A DNA stretch of 64,000 bases from an uncultured delta proteobacterium (GCA_963796685.1 CAWCMR010000008.1:544001-608000), one strand, 5' to 3'. Positions 41,938 to 52,537 are shown, counted from the stretch's first letter. Made by a program: numbers and translations. The notes: generated by a model from the sequence alone, not told the origin.

Positions 41938-44310
41938 CTAGGCGGCTTTCTGATAGAGGGCGGTTTCGATGTCGTGGATGGCGGCAAGATAGCCGGACTT
42001 GCCGCCGAACAAGCCCAGGATCTCCATGGGCGTGCCGAACTTGGTCAGCGGATCGACTTTGAGGATCTCGATAGACTCCACGCTGCGCAGGCCGGCGTCG
42101 GCGTACTTGTCCAGCAAGGCTTCAAGGATTGCGCGTGCCCTGTCGCCGTACTTGCCGAAGAGGTTGCGCTTCCTGACGTTGTTGGCTCGCTCGCGCCGGG
42201 TCAGCGGCGGCTGGTCAAAGGCCACGTGGCAGACCAGATCGAAGGGATCCAGCTCGACGCCGATCTGCTCGGCCAGCTCGTCCAGGAAGATCCCTTTGGT
42301 GGCCAGCTCGTCCACCAGGGCTTGCTTACGCTCGGCTGCGGTCCACTCGGTTAGGAAGGCGTCGAGGGAGGCGTAGGCCTTGCGCACGGCCTTGCGGGTG
42401 AAGTCCTTGAGCGATTCGGTGATCAGCTTGCCGTCGGCGTCCAGGTACTGCACGCGCTCGGTGGCGATGCGGACCTCCACGTCGTCGACGTAGTACTTGG
42501 TGGGCTTGGTGGCTCCGCTGCCATCCATGTCGGCGTCCCCGTCGTTCCATCGTGCGTCGGGTGCATCTGGGCGGATGTCGGCGGGCTCCGGTTCGCCGGT
42601 GACTTCGTCGGGGGGCACGGGCGTGTCGTGTTCGCCGGGCACGTAGATTTGCACCGGCTCGCCATCGAAGTCGGGATCGGCGAACAGCGCGGTGGCGTGG
42701 CGGAAGTCCATGATGGTGAAGTAGAACTTCTGGTAGTCCTCGTTGATGCGGGTGCCGCGGCCGATGATCTGTTTGAACTCGGTCATCGAGGCGATGCGGC
42801 GGTCGAGCACGATCAGGTGGCAGGTCTGGGCATCGACGCCGGTGCTCATCAGGCGCGAGGTGCAGGCGATGACGGGAAACGGCTCGGCCGGGTCGATGAA
42901 GTTGTCGAGTTGGGCCTTGCCCTCGTCGTTGTCGCCGGTGATGCGCATGACGTAGCGGGGGTTGGCGGCGGCCAGGTCGGGGTTGCAGTTCACCAGGGCC
43001 ATGCGCATGCGTTCGGCATGGTCGACGTTTTCGCAGAACACGATGGTCTTGGCGAAGCGGCTGGTGGCGTGCAGGAACTCGGTGATTCGGCCGGCCACGC
43101 AGCGGGTGCGGCGGTCAAGGATCAAGGTCTTGTCGTAGTCGATCTGGTTGTATTCGCGGTCGGCAATCTCGTGGCCGTAGCGGTCGGTCTGGCCCTTCTC
43201 GGGGCGCCAGCCGTCGAGATCCTTGTCGAGGCCGATGCGCACAACCTTGTAGGGGGCCAGGAACCCGTCGGAGATGCCCTGCTTGAGCGAGTAGGTGTAG
43301 ATGGGCTCGCCGAAGTAATCGATGTTGGAGACTTCTTTGGTTTCCTTGGGCGTGGCGGTCATGCCGATCTGCGTGGCCGACGAAAAGTATTCCAGGATCT
43401 TGCGCCAGGCCGCATCGTCGGCGGCGCTGCCCCGGTGGCACTCGTCGATGAAGACCAGGTCGAAGAAGTCGGGCGAGAACTGCTTGTAGATGTTCTGCTC
43501 TTCCTCGGTGCCGCTGACCGCCTGGTAGAGCGACAGGTAGATCTCGTAGGCCTTGTCCGCGGTGCGGTTGGTGACCTTGGTCATCGCCTTGCCGAAGGGC
43601 TTGAAGTCGTTGGTCTTGGTCTGATCGGCCAGGATGTTGCGGTCGACCAGGAACAGGATCCGTTTCTTGGCGCCGGACTTCCACAGGCGCCAGATGATCT
43701 GAAAGGCGGTGTAGGTCTTGCCGGTGCCCGTGGCCATGACCAGCAACACTCGGTCCTCGCCGCGGGCCACCGCTTCGACGGTGCGGTTGATGGCGATGTT
43801 CTGGTAATAGCGGGGCGACTTGCCGGAGCCGTCGTCGTAGTAGTCCTGGGTGGTGACGGCTTCCTGCTTGGGGGTCAGGCCCTTGGCCGCGCAGTAGCGG
43901 GCCCACAGGTCGGCGGGTGACGGGAAGCGGTCCATGGGCAGCGGGCGCTCCACGGTGCCGGCGGTCTGGGTGCGGTCGTGTTCCAGGAATTCGTCACCGT
44001 TCGAGCTGAAGGCGAAGGGGACGTCCAGGATGTCGGCGTATTCCAGGGCCTGGGCCATGCCCGAGGCGGCGGTGTGGTTGTTGTCTTTGGCCTCGATGAC
44101 GGCGATGGGCAGGTTGGGCTTGTAGAACAGCAGGTAGTCGGCCTTGTTGGCTTCGCCGCGCGCCACGGTCTTGCCGCGAACCATGATCCGGCCCTTGGTG
44201 AAGTAGGCTTCCTCGCGAAGCTGGGTCATGAGATCCCACCCGCTGGCGACCAGCGCCGGGGTGATGAACTTGGTTCGGATGTCCGCTTCGGTGAGGTCTT
44301 TCTTGTTCAC
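41938..44310 (-). CDS. hsdR: Type I R-M restriction subunit (EcoAI/EcoEI-like)
   Basis: ADY...IEAK nuclease, MATGTGKT, DECHRG, TATP, QIIGRGTR, EcoEI_R_C-like tail. Confidence 0.97.
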   Translation of the reverse strand: MNKKDLTEADIRTKFITPALVASGWDLMTQLREEAYFTKGRIMVRGKTVARGEANKADYLLFYKPNLPIAVIEAKDNNHTAASGMAQALEYADILDVPFAFSSNGDEFLEHDRTQTAGTVERPLPMDRFPSPADLWARYCAAKGLTPKQEAVTTQDYYDDGSGKSPRYYQNIAINRTVEAVARGEDRVLLVMATGTGKTYTAFQIIWRLWKSGAKKRILFLVDRNILADQTKTNDFKPFGKAMTKVTNRTADKAYEIYLSLYQAVSGTEEEQNIYKQFSPDFFDLVFIDECHRGSAADDAAWRKILEYFSSATQIGMTATPKETKEVSNIDYFGEPIYTYSLKQGISDGFLAPYKVVRIGLDKDLDGWRPEKGQTDRYGHEIADREYNQIDYDKTLILDRRTRCVAGRITEFLHATSRFAKTIVFCENVDHAERMRMALVNCNPDLAAANPRYVMRITGDNDEGKAQLDNFIDPAEPFPVIACTSRLMSTGVDAQTCHLIVLDRRIASMTEFKQIIGRGTRINEDYQKFYFTIMDFRHATALFADPDFDGEPVQIYVPGEHDTPVPPDEVTGEPEPADIRPDAPDARWNDGDADMDGSGATKPTKYYVDDVEVRIATERVQYLDADGKLITESLKDFTRKAVRKAYASLDAFLTEWTAAERKQALVDELATKGIFLDELAEQIGVELDPFDLVCHVAFDQPPLTRRERANNVRKRNLFGKYGDRARAILEALLDKYADAGLRSVESIEILKVDPLTKFGTPMEILGLFGGKSGYLAAIHDIETALYQKAA

Positions 44311-44534
44311 AGATCACCGCGTGCCCATGTCGGATAGAGACAGCACGAATTGTCGACCAGTTATGACTGGAAGGCAAACGGTGCCTCCTACGATTCCGAC
44401 GATGGAGGACTACGAACCCTCATCTTGACGCGCCACGCGCGCCGGGTGGCTGTCGAACCCCGAATCGACGGGGCGATGGCGATGCTGCTATAGACGATTG
44501 TCTGCCCGAGCCCAAGGAACTAGGATGCGATGGC

Positions 44535-45533
44535 ATGAGCATGAGGCGAGCACTGGGCTGGCTCCTTCTCGACACGAACCGAAGCGACCTCTGTGTATTC
44601 AACGCTGGTTACACTGCCACAGTGAATGGAGCCCGCGTGCAAGTCACCCCGTGGGACTATACCTTCCCCGACAACCTCCCACAGACCTGTTCGACGTTGC
44701 TGCGCCAGAACGTCACGTCGGGGGAGGTCATACGACTCGAAGCTCCTTGCCAGGTCGACGCAGGGATGTGCCAGGACTTCGTGGACGAGTGCGTTCCGCC
44801 CGGCACATATCGCTATGGGTGCGAGATCCCGTTCAAGAACACGGGGGCTTATTGTTCTATCCAATTCTATACCGAGGTGACGGTGACCGGCGGCTCACAG
44901 GCGGATTGCCTCAGCGACGGCAGCCAGCCCGCACCGGTCAGCCCCGAGGTCGTCCCCTGGCCGTCGGGATGCCAGTACGTCTACCGATATCTTGGGACCG
45001 CCGATGATCCGGGCCAGTGCCGCCCGCACGACGGAGCCGTGATTGACACCATTCTCGCCGACCAATACCAGCCATCGGACGGAGAACCATTGGACAATGC
45101 TGACGCATCATCGCCACTGGAGGCGGACGCGAGAGACGGCCTGGAGGTCTTGGTTTCCGGTCAAGGCGCGGCCGAGGACGGGGGCGACGAGTGGATGCTC
45201 ATCGACGCCGCCACCTTGCCGCCGGCAGATGGCCTCGACGAGCCGCCTGTCGAGTGCTGCCGAGACACAGCCGCCGCGTTGGACGTGCAAGAGCCATTGG
45301 CAACACCAGATGCGTTCACGTCGCTCCCGCCCTCCCCTGGCCACGCCACGCTTCGAAACGGCGGCGCGTGCGAGTGCGGGCTCGGAGACCAGCAGTCGAC
45401 GAATGGGGTAGAACCATTGACCTGGATCGCGCTCGGGCTGGTTTGCCTTTGGCGTTGTGGTGAGAAGAGGTTGCGGAAGAAGCGCCAGCCGCGAGGCCAC
45501 CGTGCAGAGCGCGCACAAGCCTCTACGCGTTAA
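44535..45533 (+). CDS. Cys-rich surface protein with MYXO-CTERM-like tail; signal peptide looks truncated
   Basis: C-terminal GGACECG...WIALGLVCLWR + basic tail; acidic linker. Confidence 0.6.
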   Translation: MSMRRALGWLLLDTNRSDLCVFNAGYTATVNGARVQVTPWDYTFPDNLPQTCSTLLRQNVTSGEVIRLEAPCQVDAGMCQDFVDECVPPGTYRYGCEIPFKNTGAYCSIQFYTEVTVTGGSQADCLSDGSQPAPVSPEVVPWPSGCQYVYRYLGTADDPGQCRPHDGAVIDTILADQYQPSDGEPLDNADASSPLEADARDGLEVLVSGQGAAEDGGDEWMLIDAATLPPADGLDEPPVECCRDTAAALDVQEPLATPDAFTSLPPSPGHATLRNGGACECGLGDQQSTNGVEPLTWIALGLVCLWRCGEKRLRKKRQPRGHRAERAQASTR

Positions 45534-46436
45534 CGCACTCCTTCAATTCGGGCTGGTCGCGGTCCTCCACCAAGGGGCCGGCAAGCACCGACGCTGGCGG
45601 GCGCTGCAGATCCCAAATCAACCCGACCTTTGCCAGACCGAGCAGCACCAGGTAGGTCACGTCGAGCTTCCCACCAGAAGAAGCCCTGGTTGGCCGCGCT
45701 CGGATAGTGGTGGTGGTTGTTGTGCCAACCCTCGCCGGTGGTGAGGATGGCCAGCAGCCATTGGTTTCGCGAGTTGTCCTTGGTGGCGTAGCGGCGCTTG
45801 CCGAACATGTGGGTCAGGGAATTGATGGCGAACGAACCGTGCCAGAGCAGGACCGTGGACACCATGAAGCCCCATACCAAGCCGTGCACGCCGCCGACGA
45901 GGAGAAATGCCAGCCCCAGCAGCGCGGCCGGCAGGAAGCTGATGCCGGGGCGACTCAGGAAGCGAAGCTCGGGGTACTTGGCAAGGTCGGGAACGAGCTT
46001 GAGGTTGACCCTCCAATTGTCTTTCAGAGATCCAGCCCACGTGCGCGTGCCAGAAGCCCTGCTGTTTGACCGAGTGCAAATCGAGCGGGGTGTCCGAGTA
46101 CCGGTGGTGCCAGCGGTGGTGGCTGGCCCACCACAGGACATCGCTTTGCGCGGCGCTTTGCGCCGCTACGGCGAGCAGGAATTGAAACACGCGCGAGGTG
46201 CGAAACGCGCGGTGGGAGAAGTAACGGTGATACCCGGCCGTGACCACCACCATGCGCACGTAGTAGACGCCGAGGGCGAGGGCGAATCCGCTCCACGACC
46301 ATCCCCCGAAAATGACTCCGACCGCCGCGACCAGATGAACCAGGACCAAGAGAATCATCGTGGGACGAATGATGCATCCCGACGACTTGGGCAAATCCGA
46401 AGATGCTTGATGAAGGCTTTTGCTTGAACCATCCAT
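45523..46436 (-). CDS. Acyl-CoA/acyl-lipid delta-9-type desaturase; two 1-bp insertions (~46028, ~45668)
   Basis: His boxes HRYFSH, HRWHH, GEGWHNNHH over three frames; ends WWELDVTYLVL...VGLIWDL. Confidence 0.9.
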
Positions 46437-46493
46437 AAGTTAGGTATGAAAGGCTCCGTGTCAGCGAGCGACCACGGTTAGGTCACAACGATG

Positions 46494-47159
46494 TCAGCTT
46501 GGCCCTCCTCGCAAGGCGCGCAACACAGCCTCCAACTCCGCGGGCAAGGGCGAGCCGATGTCGAGCGGACCACCCTCGACCGGGTGGGGCAAGCGCAAGC
46601 GCGTGGCGTGCAAGAACAGGCGATGCAGGCCATGGCGCTCGCGAAACAGGCGGTTGTGCTCGCCCTTGCCGTAGTTGACATCGCCGATGAGCGGACACGA
46701 GATGTGCTTGAGGTGTCGCCGCACCTGGTGCAGCCGCCCGGTCAGCGGTCGCGCCTCGACCAGGCTGTAGCGACCGAAGACCTCGCGAAGGACGATCCTC
46801 GTTTGGGCCGCGACCCGCGGCGCGTGGCTGTCCTCGCCCGGCGGCAGCGGGTGATCGATCACCATCTCGGCGGGCGGAACGCCGCGAACCAGGGCAAGAT
46901 AGGTCTTCTCCGCCTGGCCCGCGGCGAACGATGCGCACGCCCGCGCCGCCATGTCGGCGGACAGGGCGAACAGCAGCACGCCGCTGGTGGCCCGATCCAG
47001 ACGGTGCACGGGAAACACTCGCGCGCCGATCTGGTCGCGCAGGCGCGACACGGCCACGTCGCGCTCCCGGGCCCAGCCGCGATGAACCGCCAGCCCCGAT
47101 GGCTTGTCCACCGCGAGCAAGCTGTCGTCTCTAAAGAGGATGACCAGCCCGCCGTGCAT
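46494..47159 (-). CDS. truC: RluA-family pseudouridine synthase, TruC-like
   Basis: DKPSGLAVH, HRLDRATSG, KTYLALVRG, TGRLHQVRRHL..I..PLIGD..YG, LFLHA; no S4 domain. Confidence 0.82.
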   Translation of the reverse strand: MHGGLVILFRDDSLLAVDKPSGLAVHRGWARERDVAVSRLRDQIGARVFPVHRLDRATSGVLLFALSADMAARACASFAAGQAEKTYLALVRGVPPAEMVIDHPLPPGEDSHAPRVAAQTRIVLREVFGRYSLVEARPLTGRLHQVRRHLKHISCPLIGDVNYGKGEHNRLFRERHGLHRLFLHATRLRLPHPVEGGPLDIGSPLPAELEAVLRALRGGPS

Positions 47160-47163
47160 GGAT

Positions 47164-48318
47164 CTAGAAGTGATCCTCGCTGTGGTAGGAGGAGATCGAG
47201 GCGCGACTGCGGGCCGCGATGGCCTCGTCCCAAGGCGCCACCTGCCAATTGTCCTGTCGTTTTTCAGGATACAGCCACGGCGGCAGCGGAATGAGCAGGC
47301 TGTGCGCCAGGGCCTGGACGTAGGGCTCGTACATCGCGCGCAAGGCAGCGAGTCTTTCAACCGTGTCGGCGCCCTCGCCAAGTCTCAGGTTTCTGTCGGC
47401 AAGCGCCTTCCGCAAGCGCGCCAATTCCTCCGCCGGCAGCCGGTCGGGCAAGCTCGGATCGTACGTGGTGCGCACCACTTGGGAAAGATCCACGACCGCG
47501 TGCCTGGCCATGGCGAAGGTCACCTTGGCCTGCTCGCTGGGAATGCCGTCGAGCCCCACGATGACCAGCGTGGTCGCATCCAGGATGGTGGTCAGCGCCG
47601 CGAGCCAGGATTGGTTGTTGTGTTGCGAGCGGAAGAAGCTGAGCACGGGATAGGAGAGATGGCTCTCCAAAACTTCGGCGGACCAACGCTCCCAGGCGTG
47701 AAAGATCCGGTCCAGGCCGTCGTGTGGCGGACACTGGCAGTAGCGCCGCAAGAGCTCGGCGGCGGTCGGGGGGGAGCCGGCGCGTGCGTCCAGCAAGGAG
47801 ATCTCGATTTCGCGACGAGAGAAGGCCGAATAGATCGTCGGCAGGTAGCCGATGACGATACCCAGGAAGGCAAAGCCCATCCCGGATTCCAGCACGGCCA
47901 CGAAACGCGACGGGCCCGAGTCGGGAATGATATCGCCATACCCGAGCGTGAAGAAGGTCTCGCCACTCTGGTAGAGCAACAGCCCGAAGCTCGGGCGCGC
48001 GTTCGACAGCAGCAGGTGCGCGCCCGCCCCGTACTGCACGAGCGCGAAGCCCAGGATGAGGCCGGCAGCCCACAGCGCGAGCAGAAAAATCAGCGACAGC
48101 GGCCCGTAGTAACCGAGCACGGATTCGCGACGGGACTGCGACTCGAGCCGCCTGCTCAGGGCGGCCCACGGGCCCCAGGTCAGCCGGTAGTACCAGGCGG
48201 TCAAGCGGAACAGGCCGCGCACGCGCCTCGGCAGAACCACGGTTTCGAGCGCGTCCAGCAGGACGGCCAGCAGCACCAGTAGCCCGGCGAGGGTGAGAGC
48301 GATACGCAAGACCAGCAT
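47164..48318 (-). CDS. Potassium channel family protein
   Basis: FFTLGYGD selectivity filter between TM helices. Confidence 0.88.
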   Translation of the reverse strand: MLVLRIALTLAGLLVLLAVLLDALETVVLPRRVRGLFRLTAWYYRLTWGPWAALSRRLESQSRRESVLGYYGPLSLIFLLALWAAGLILGFALVQYGAGAHLLLSNARPSFGLLLYQSGETFFTLGYGDIIPDSGPSRFVAVLESGMGFAFLGIVIGYLPTIYSAFSRREIEISLLDARAGSPPTAAELLRRYCQCPPHDGLDRIFHAWERWSAEVLESHLSYPVLSFFRSQHNNQSWLAALTTILDATTLVIVGLDGIPSEQAKVTFAMARHAVVDLSQVVRTTYDPSLPDRLPAEELARLRKALADRNLRLGEGADTVERLAALRAMYEPYVQALAHSLLIPLPPWLYPEKRQDNWQVAPWDEAIAARSRASISSYHSEDHF

Positions 48319-48393
48319 GAGGTTGCCGAATGCTAGCAGGCCGAATCAACAAAGCCTGCAAACCCCGGCCAGGTCGGGTAGCATCCTAACCCC

Positions 48394-49635
48394 GTGCCAC
48401 ACGATCATCCCCATCCACACCCGGAAACCAGTCCCTCCATCCGCGGCCCCGAGAAGCTGCCCGGCATCACCCACGTCATCGCCGTGGGCAGCGGCAAAGG
48501 GGGCGTCGGCAAGTCCACCGTCAGCGTGAACCTTGCCCTTGCCCTGCAGCAGGTCGGTGGGCGAGTCGGGCTGGTCGACGCCGATGTCCTCGGCCCCAGC
48601 ATTCCCGGCATGCTCGGCTTGCCCAGCAACCAGCCGCCCATGGCCACGGCCAACCAAACCATCCTGCCGGCCGAGCGACATGGCGTGAAGACCATGTCCA
48701 TGGGCATGCTGACCGGAGACGACAACCCGGCCATCCTTCGCGGCCCCATGGTGAACAAGTACTTGAACATGTTCATCGGCGACGTCGAGTGGGGCACGCT
48801 CGACTACCTGATCATCGATTTGCCGCCGGGAACCGGCGACACGCAGCTCACGCTGGCGCAGAACGTGCCGCTCTCGGGCGCCATCATCGTGACCACGCCG
48901 CAGGACGTGAGCCTCAAGATCGCGCGGCGCGGATTGCGCATGTTCGAGAAGGTGCAGGTGACCATCCTCGGCGTCATCGAAAACATGAGCACCTTCACCT
49001 GTCCGCACTGTGGAAAGGAGACCGATGTCTTCCGCCGCGGGGGCGGCGAGCGCATGAGCAAGGAGCTGGGCGTTCCGTTCCTGGGCTCGATCCCGCTCGA
49101 CGCCGATGTCGTCACCTGCGGCGATGCGGGCTTGCCCATCGTGCTCGAAAAGCCGAAGTCGGTCGCGGCCCAGGCCTACCTGGCCATCGCCACGGCCCTG
49201 GTTCGCCAGCTGCAAGGAATGTCGAACACGGCCTTGAAACCGTTTTCCTGGGAGTGGAACAGCGCGGACGCCGGCCCCGGTTGGGCCGAGGGTGCGACCG
49301 CCCGAGCGGGCTCGCGCACGACGGCGATCGGCCTGCGCAAAACCAATCCCAGAACCTTGTCCGTGCTGTGGGAAGACGGCCGGCAGGGCGATTTCGACGT
49401 CCGCGATCTGCGCCTGGCTTGCCCCTGCGCCCTGTGCGTGGAAGAGATGAGCGGCCGCCCGCTCCTCGATCCCAGCAAGGTGCGGCCGGACATCGCCCCG
49501 GTCACGCTCACCAGCGTGGGCAGCTACGGCATCACCATCAAGTGGAACGACGGACACAGCACCGGGATCTATTCGTACGAAAGCCTGCGCGCGCAGGCCG
49601 AAGGCGGAACGAGCGCGAGCGCCGAAGATGTCTGA
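48394..49635 (+). CDS. apbC: Mrp/ApbC Fe-S carrier ATPase fused to C-terminal DUF971
   Basis: GKGGVGKST, DLPPGTGD, ENMS..CPHC; C-terminal LRLACPCALC...WNDGHSTGIYSY. Confidence 0.92.
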   Translation: MPHDHPHPHPETSPSIRGPEKLPGITHVIAVGSGKGGVGKSTVSVNLALALQQVGGRVGLVDADVLGPSIPGMLGLPSNQPPMATANQTILPAERHGVKTMSMGMLTGDDNPAILRGPMVNKYLNMFIGDVEWGTLDYLIIDLPPGTGDTQLTLAQNVPLSGAIIVTTPQDVSLKIARRGLRMFEKVQVTILGVIENMSTFTCPHCGKETDVFRRGGGERMSKELGVPFLGSIPLDADVVTCGDAGLPIVLEKPKSVAAQAYLAIATALVRQLQGMSNTALKPFSWEWNSADAGPGWAEGATARAGSRTTAIGLRKTNPRTLSVLWEDGRQGDFDVRDLRLACPCALCVEEMSGRPLLDPSKVRPDIAPVTLTSVGSYGITIKWNDGHSTGIYSYESLRAQAEGGTSASAEDV

Positions 49636-50245
49636 AGCCCGCCCCGTGCCTCTCATCGCGATTCGCGCGGAAGTCCTGTCGGCCGACCCCGACACGTGCA
49701 AGTTCACGGTCAGCCGAACGGTTCATCCGGGCGGGCCGTTCTTCTTCGACTGTCCCGAGCGCGCCGCCGGCTCACCGCTGCCCGAGCGGCTTTTCGGGTT
49801 GGCAGGTGTCGCCCACGTGCTGGTCTCCGAGAACGTCGTCACCGTGGGCAAGGCCGCCGGAGCCGACTGGTCGCCATTGAAGGCCGCCATCGGCGCCGCC
49901 ATCCGCGCCCAGTTGCTCACGGGCGCCCCCGCGATCCTCGAAGGCGCCTCCCGGAAGGTTCACTGGGGACGCCCCGATGCCGAGGTCCGCGCCGCCATCC
50001 AGGAGCTGCTCGACGGTGAAGTCAACCGCGGCGTCGCCAGCCACGGCGGCAAGATTTCTTTGGTCGACTACCAGGACGGAAAGCTACGCATCGCCATGAG
50101 CGGAGGGTGCCAGGGATGCGCGTCCTCTCAGGTCACCTTGCGACAGAGCGTCGAGGTCATGGTGCGCCGGATCGCGCCCGAGGTGGTGGAAATCATCGAT
50201 ACGACGGATCACTCGGCCGGGAAGGCGCCGTTCTACGCCCCCTGA
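49628..50245 (+). CDS. NifU/NfuA-like Fe-S scaffold (Nfu_N + NifU-C)
   Basis: GSPL..LF..GV; SHGG...MSGGCQGC. Confidence 0.88.
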   Translation: MSEARPVPLIAIRAEVLSADPDTCKFTVSRTVHPGGPFFFDCPERAAGSPLPERLFGLAGVAHVLVSENVVTVGKAAGADWSPLKAAIGAAIRAQLLTGAPAILEGASRKVHWGRPDAEVRAAIQELLDGEVNRGVASHGGKISLVDYQDGKLRIAMSGGCQGCASSQVTLRQSVEVMVRRIAPEVVEIIDTTDHSAGKAPFYAP

Positions 50246-50253
50246 GGCGCCGC

Positions 50254-50673
50254 TCACAACCGGGTTTCCGCCAGCTCCAAGATACGCTCGAGCTCGGGGG
50301 CCAGGATCTTCACCACGCTGATGCGCGGCTTGCGCACGACCGCCAGGTTGGCCAGCGCCTTGTCCGCCTTGAGGGTGGCGAGCGTGACGGGACGGACCAG
50401 GGTCTTGACCGGGGCCAGATCCACCGCGCACCAGTCGCCCTCCTTCGCGGTCGGATCCGCGTAGCCTTCCTTCACCACCTTGGCGAGCCCGACAATCTCT
50501 TTGCCCTCGCCCGAGTGGTAGCACAGCACGAGGTCGTCCTTCTTCATGGCGCGCAGGTTGTTGCGTGCCTCGAAGTTCCGCACCCCGTCCCAGCGCGTGT
50601 GTTTGTCGCGCAGCAAGTCTTGCCACGAATAGGTCGAGGGTTCGGTCTTCACCAGCCAGTGGTTCGTGCTCAT
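50254..50673 (-). CDS. EVE domain protein
   Basis: WLVKTEP..YSW, WDGVRNFEARN, YHS, RISV. Confidence 0.92.
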   Translation of the reverse strand: MSTNHWLVKTEPSTYSWQDLLRDKHTRWDGVRNFEARNNLRAMKKDDLVLCYHSGEGKEIVGLAKVVKEGYADPTAKEGDWCAVDLAPVKTLVRPVTLATLKADKALANLAVVRKPRISVVKILAPELERILELAETRL

Positions 50674-50772
50674 GGTCGGCAAAGTCTACCCAATGCTTTT
50701 CGAAATGCCTGCCCGCCACGGATGGGTCGACTTTGACCGCCCTCATCGTAGGCTAGGGGTTTGCGGACCGCG

Positions 50773-51771
50773 ATGCCCGAGACCCAGCCATCTGCCAAGC
50801 ACCACGGCCTTCGCACCTGGATTCAGGTGGGGGCAAGCATCGCCGTCCTCGCGGGGACCCTCACCTTCGTCGATCGCGAACAGATTTGGCGAAGTCTGCG
50901 CCACGTACAGCCCGGTTGGCTGGTGGTCACGCTGGCCGTGTTCCTGGCGCAGTTCCTGGTGATGGCCGCGCGCTGGTGGCTCTTCGCGCGCAGGCTTTCG
51001 GCCCCCCTTTCCTACTCGCGCGCCCTGTCCGAATATTTCCTGGCCAGCTTTCTCAACCAGGTGCTTCCGTTCGGCGTCCTCGGCGACGTAACCCGAGCGG
51101 TTCGACATACGCGGGCCTCGCTGAACGATGCAAGCCCAGGCGTGGGCAATGCCCGCGTGGTGCTCGCCATCGTCCTCGAACGCGCGGCCGGACAACTGGG
51201 ACTGTGGCTGGTGGTCGCGGCGATTCTGCCCACCTGGTGGGTGGCGGGAAAGAGCTTGCCCGGCCACTCGCTCGCCGTCGGAATTCTCGCCGGCGCGGTC
51301 GCCCTCGCCTTGGCTGTCGTCGTGGGGATCGCGTGGCGGCGGCGCAAAGCCGCGCCGGAAATGAAACGACTCATGGCCGAAGGCTGGCGCGCCATGTTCG
51401 CTCCTGCTCCTCTCGCCACCCACCTGCCGCTCTCGTTGCTGCTCGTCGCTGGCCACATCCTCGCCTTCGTCGCCATCGCCCAAGGCATGGGGCTTTCCCT
51501 GCCCTTCGCGCTGGCCGCCCGCGTGGTGCCGCTGGTGCTGGTCACCACGACGCTGCCGCTCTTCCTGGCGGGCTGGGGCGTGCGCGAAGCCACGATCGCC
51601 GGCCTCTACCACCTGGCCGGCCTGCGCGGCGCGGAAGGCGTGACCATCGCGCTCGTCTATGGAGGCCTGAGCCTGCTCGCCAGCACACCCGGCGTCCTTG
51701 CCCTGTGGCGATCCGCCGACGGGTGCGGCCTATACACGCACGGCCACGAGCGGACCACCGCGATTCGATGA
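50773..51771 (+). CDS. Lysylphosphatidylglycerol synthase TM-domain (flippase-like) protein
   Basis: ARW, FLNQVLP..GD..R, ER, LP...GWGVRE. Confidence 0.85.
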   Translation: MPETQPSAKHHGLRTWIQVGASIAVLAGTLTFVDREQIWRSLRHVQPGWLVVTLAVFLAQFLVMAARWWLFARRLSAPLSYSRALSEYFLASFLNQVLPFGVLGDVTRAVRHTRASLNDASPGVGNARVVLAIVLERAAGQLGLWLVVAAILPTWWVAGKSLPGHSLAVGILAGAVALALAVVVGIAWRRRKAAPEMKRLMAEGWRAMFAPAPLATHLPLSLLLVAGHILAFVAIAQGMGLSLPFALAARVVPLVLVTTTLPLFLAGWGVREATIAGLYHLAGLRGAEGVTIALVYGGLSLLASTPGVLALWRSADGCGLYTHGHERTTAIR

Positions 51772-51835
51772 GCCGCCTCGCGGGCACCGGGGCCGATACG
51801 GTGTACACTGGGTTGTTTCATCCGGAGGAATTTCG

Positions 51836-52537
51836 ATGCGCAGCTCTACCAAAGTCATCTTCATGCTCGTCATCGCCGGCATGGTCGTCACGCTCGGCGA
51901 ATCCGCCGCATTGGCCCAACGCTACTATGGCCGCGGTTATGGTCCGCGGCCCGGCTACGCGCCCGCCCCGGCCTACGGTTCATGGGACGGATTCCACCAG
52001 CACGACGGCTTCTACATGCGGCTCTACGCGGGGTTCGGCGACTTCACCGCCTCGGAATCCTACGCCGGCGCGACCGATACCTACTCGGGCATCGGCGCGA
52101 CCTACGGCGCCGCGTTCGGAGGCGCCATCGCCCCCAACTTGATCCTCTACGGCGAATTTCTGGGAACCACGGTCACCAACGCCACGTTGTCGTATGGTGG
52201 CGGAACGCCGGACTACTCCGGCCTGGATCTGACGATGTTCGGGTTTGGTCCCGGCGTGGCCTACTACATCGAGCCCATCAACCTGTACCTGTCCGGGACG
52301 CTGACCTTCACCCAGATCTCCTTCAGCGACACCAACACGGCGGCTCCGCTCGACAGCACGAACCTTGGCATCGGTTTCAGTTTCATGATCGGCAAGGAGT
52401 GGTGGATCACGCCCGACTGGGGGATCGGCCTCGCGGGGCAAATCCACGTCGCGACCATGGGCGACACCGTGAGCGGCTACGACACCCGCATGCGCGCCGC
52501 CGCCTTTTCGCTACTCTTCTCGGCGACCTACAACTAA
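51836..52537 (+). CDS. Outer membrane beta-barrel protein
   Basis: GGAGG RBS, signal peptide, HQHDGFYMR, GKEWW, C-terminal FSATYN. Confidence 0.82.
   Translation: MRSSTKVIFMLVIAGMVVTLGESAALAQRYYGRGYGPRPGYAPAPAYGSWDGFHQHDGFYMRLYAGFGDFTASESYAGATDTYSGIGATYGAAFGGAIAPNLILYGEFLGTTVTNATLSYGGGTPDYSGLDLTMFGFGPGVAYYIEPINLYLSGTLTFTQISFSDTNTAAPLDSTNLGIGFSFMIGKEWWITPDWGIGLAGQIHVATMGDTVSGYDTRMRAAAFSLLFSATYN

Noticed and set aside
48394-50245. Mrp-DUF971 fusion with NfuA as a novel system
   Set aside because: A recognised architecture in Fe-S carrier loci; treated as housekeeping.
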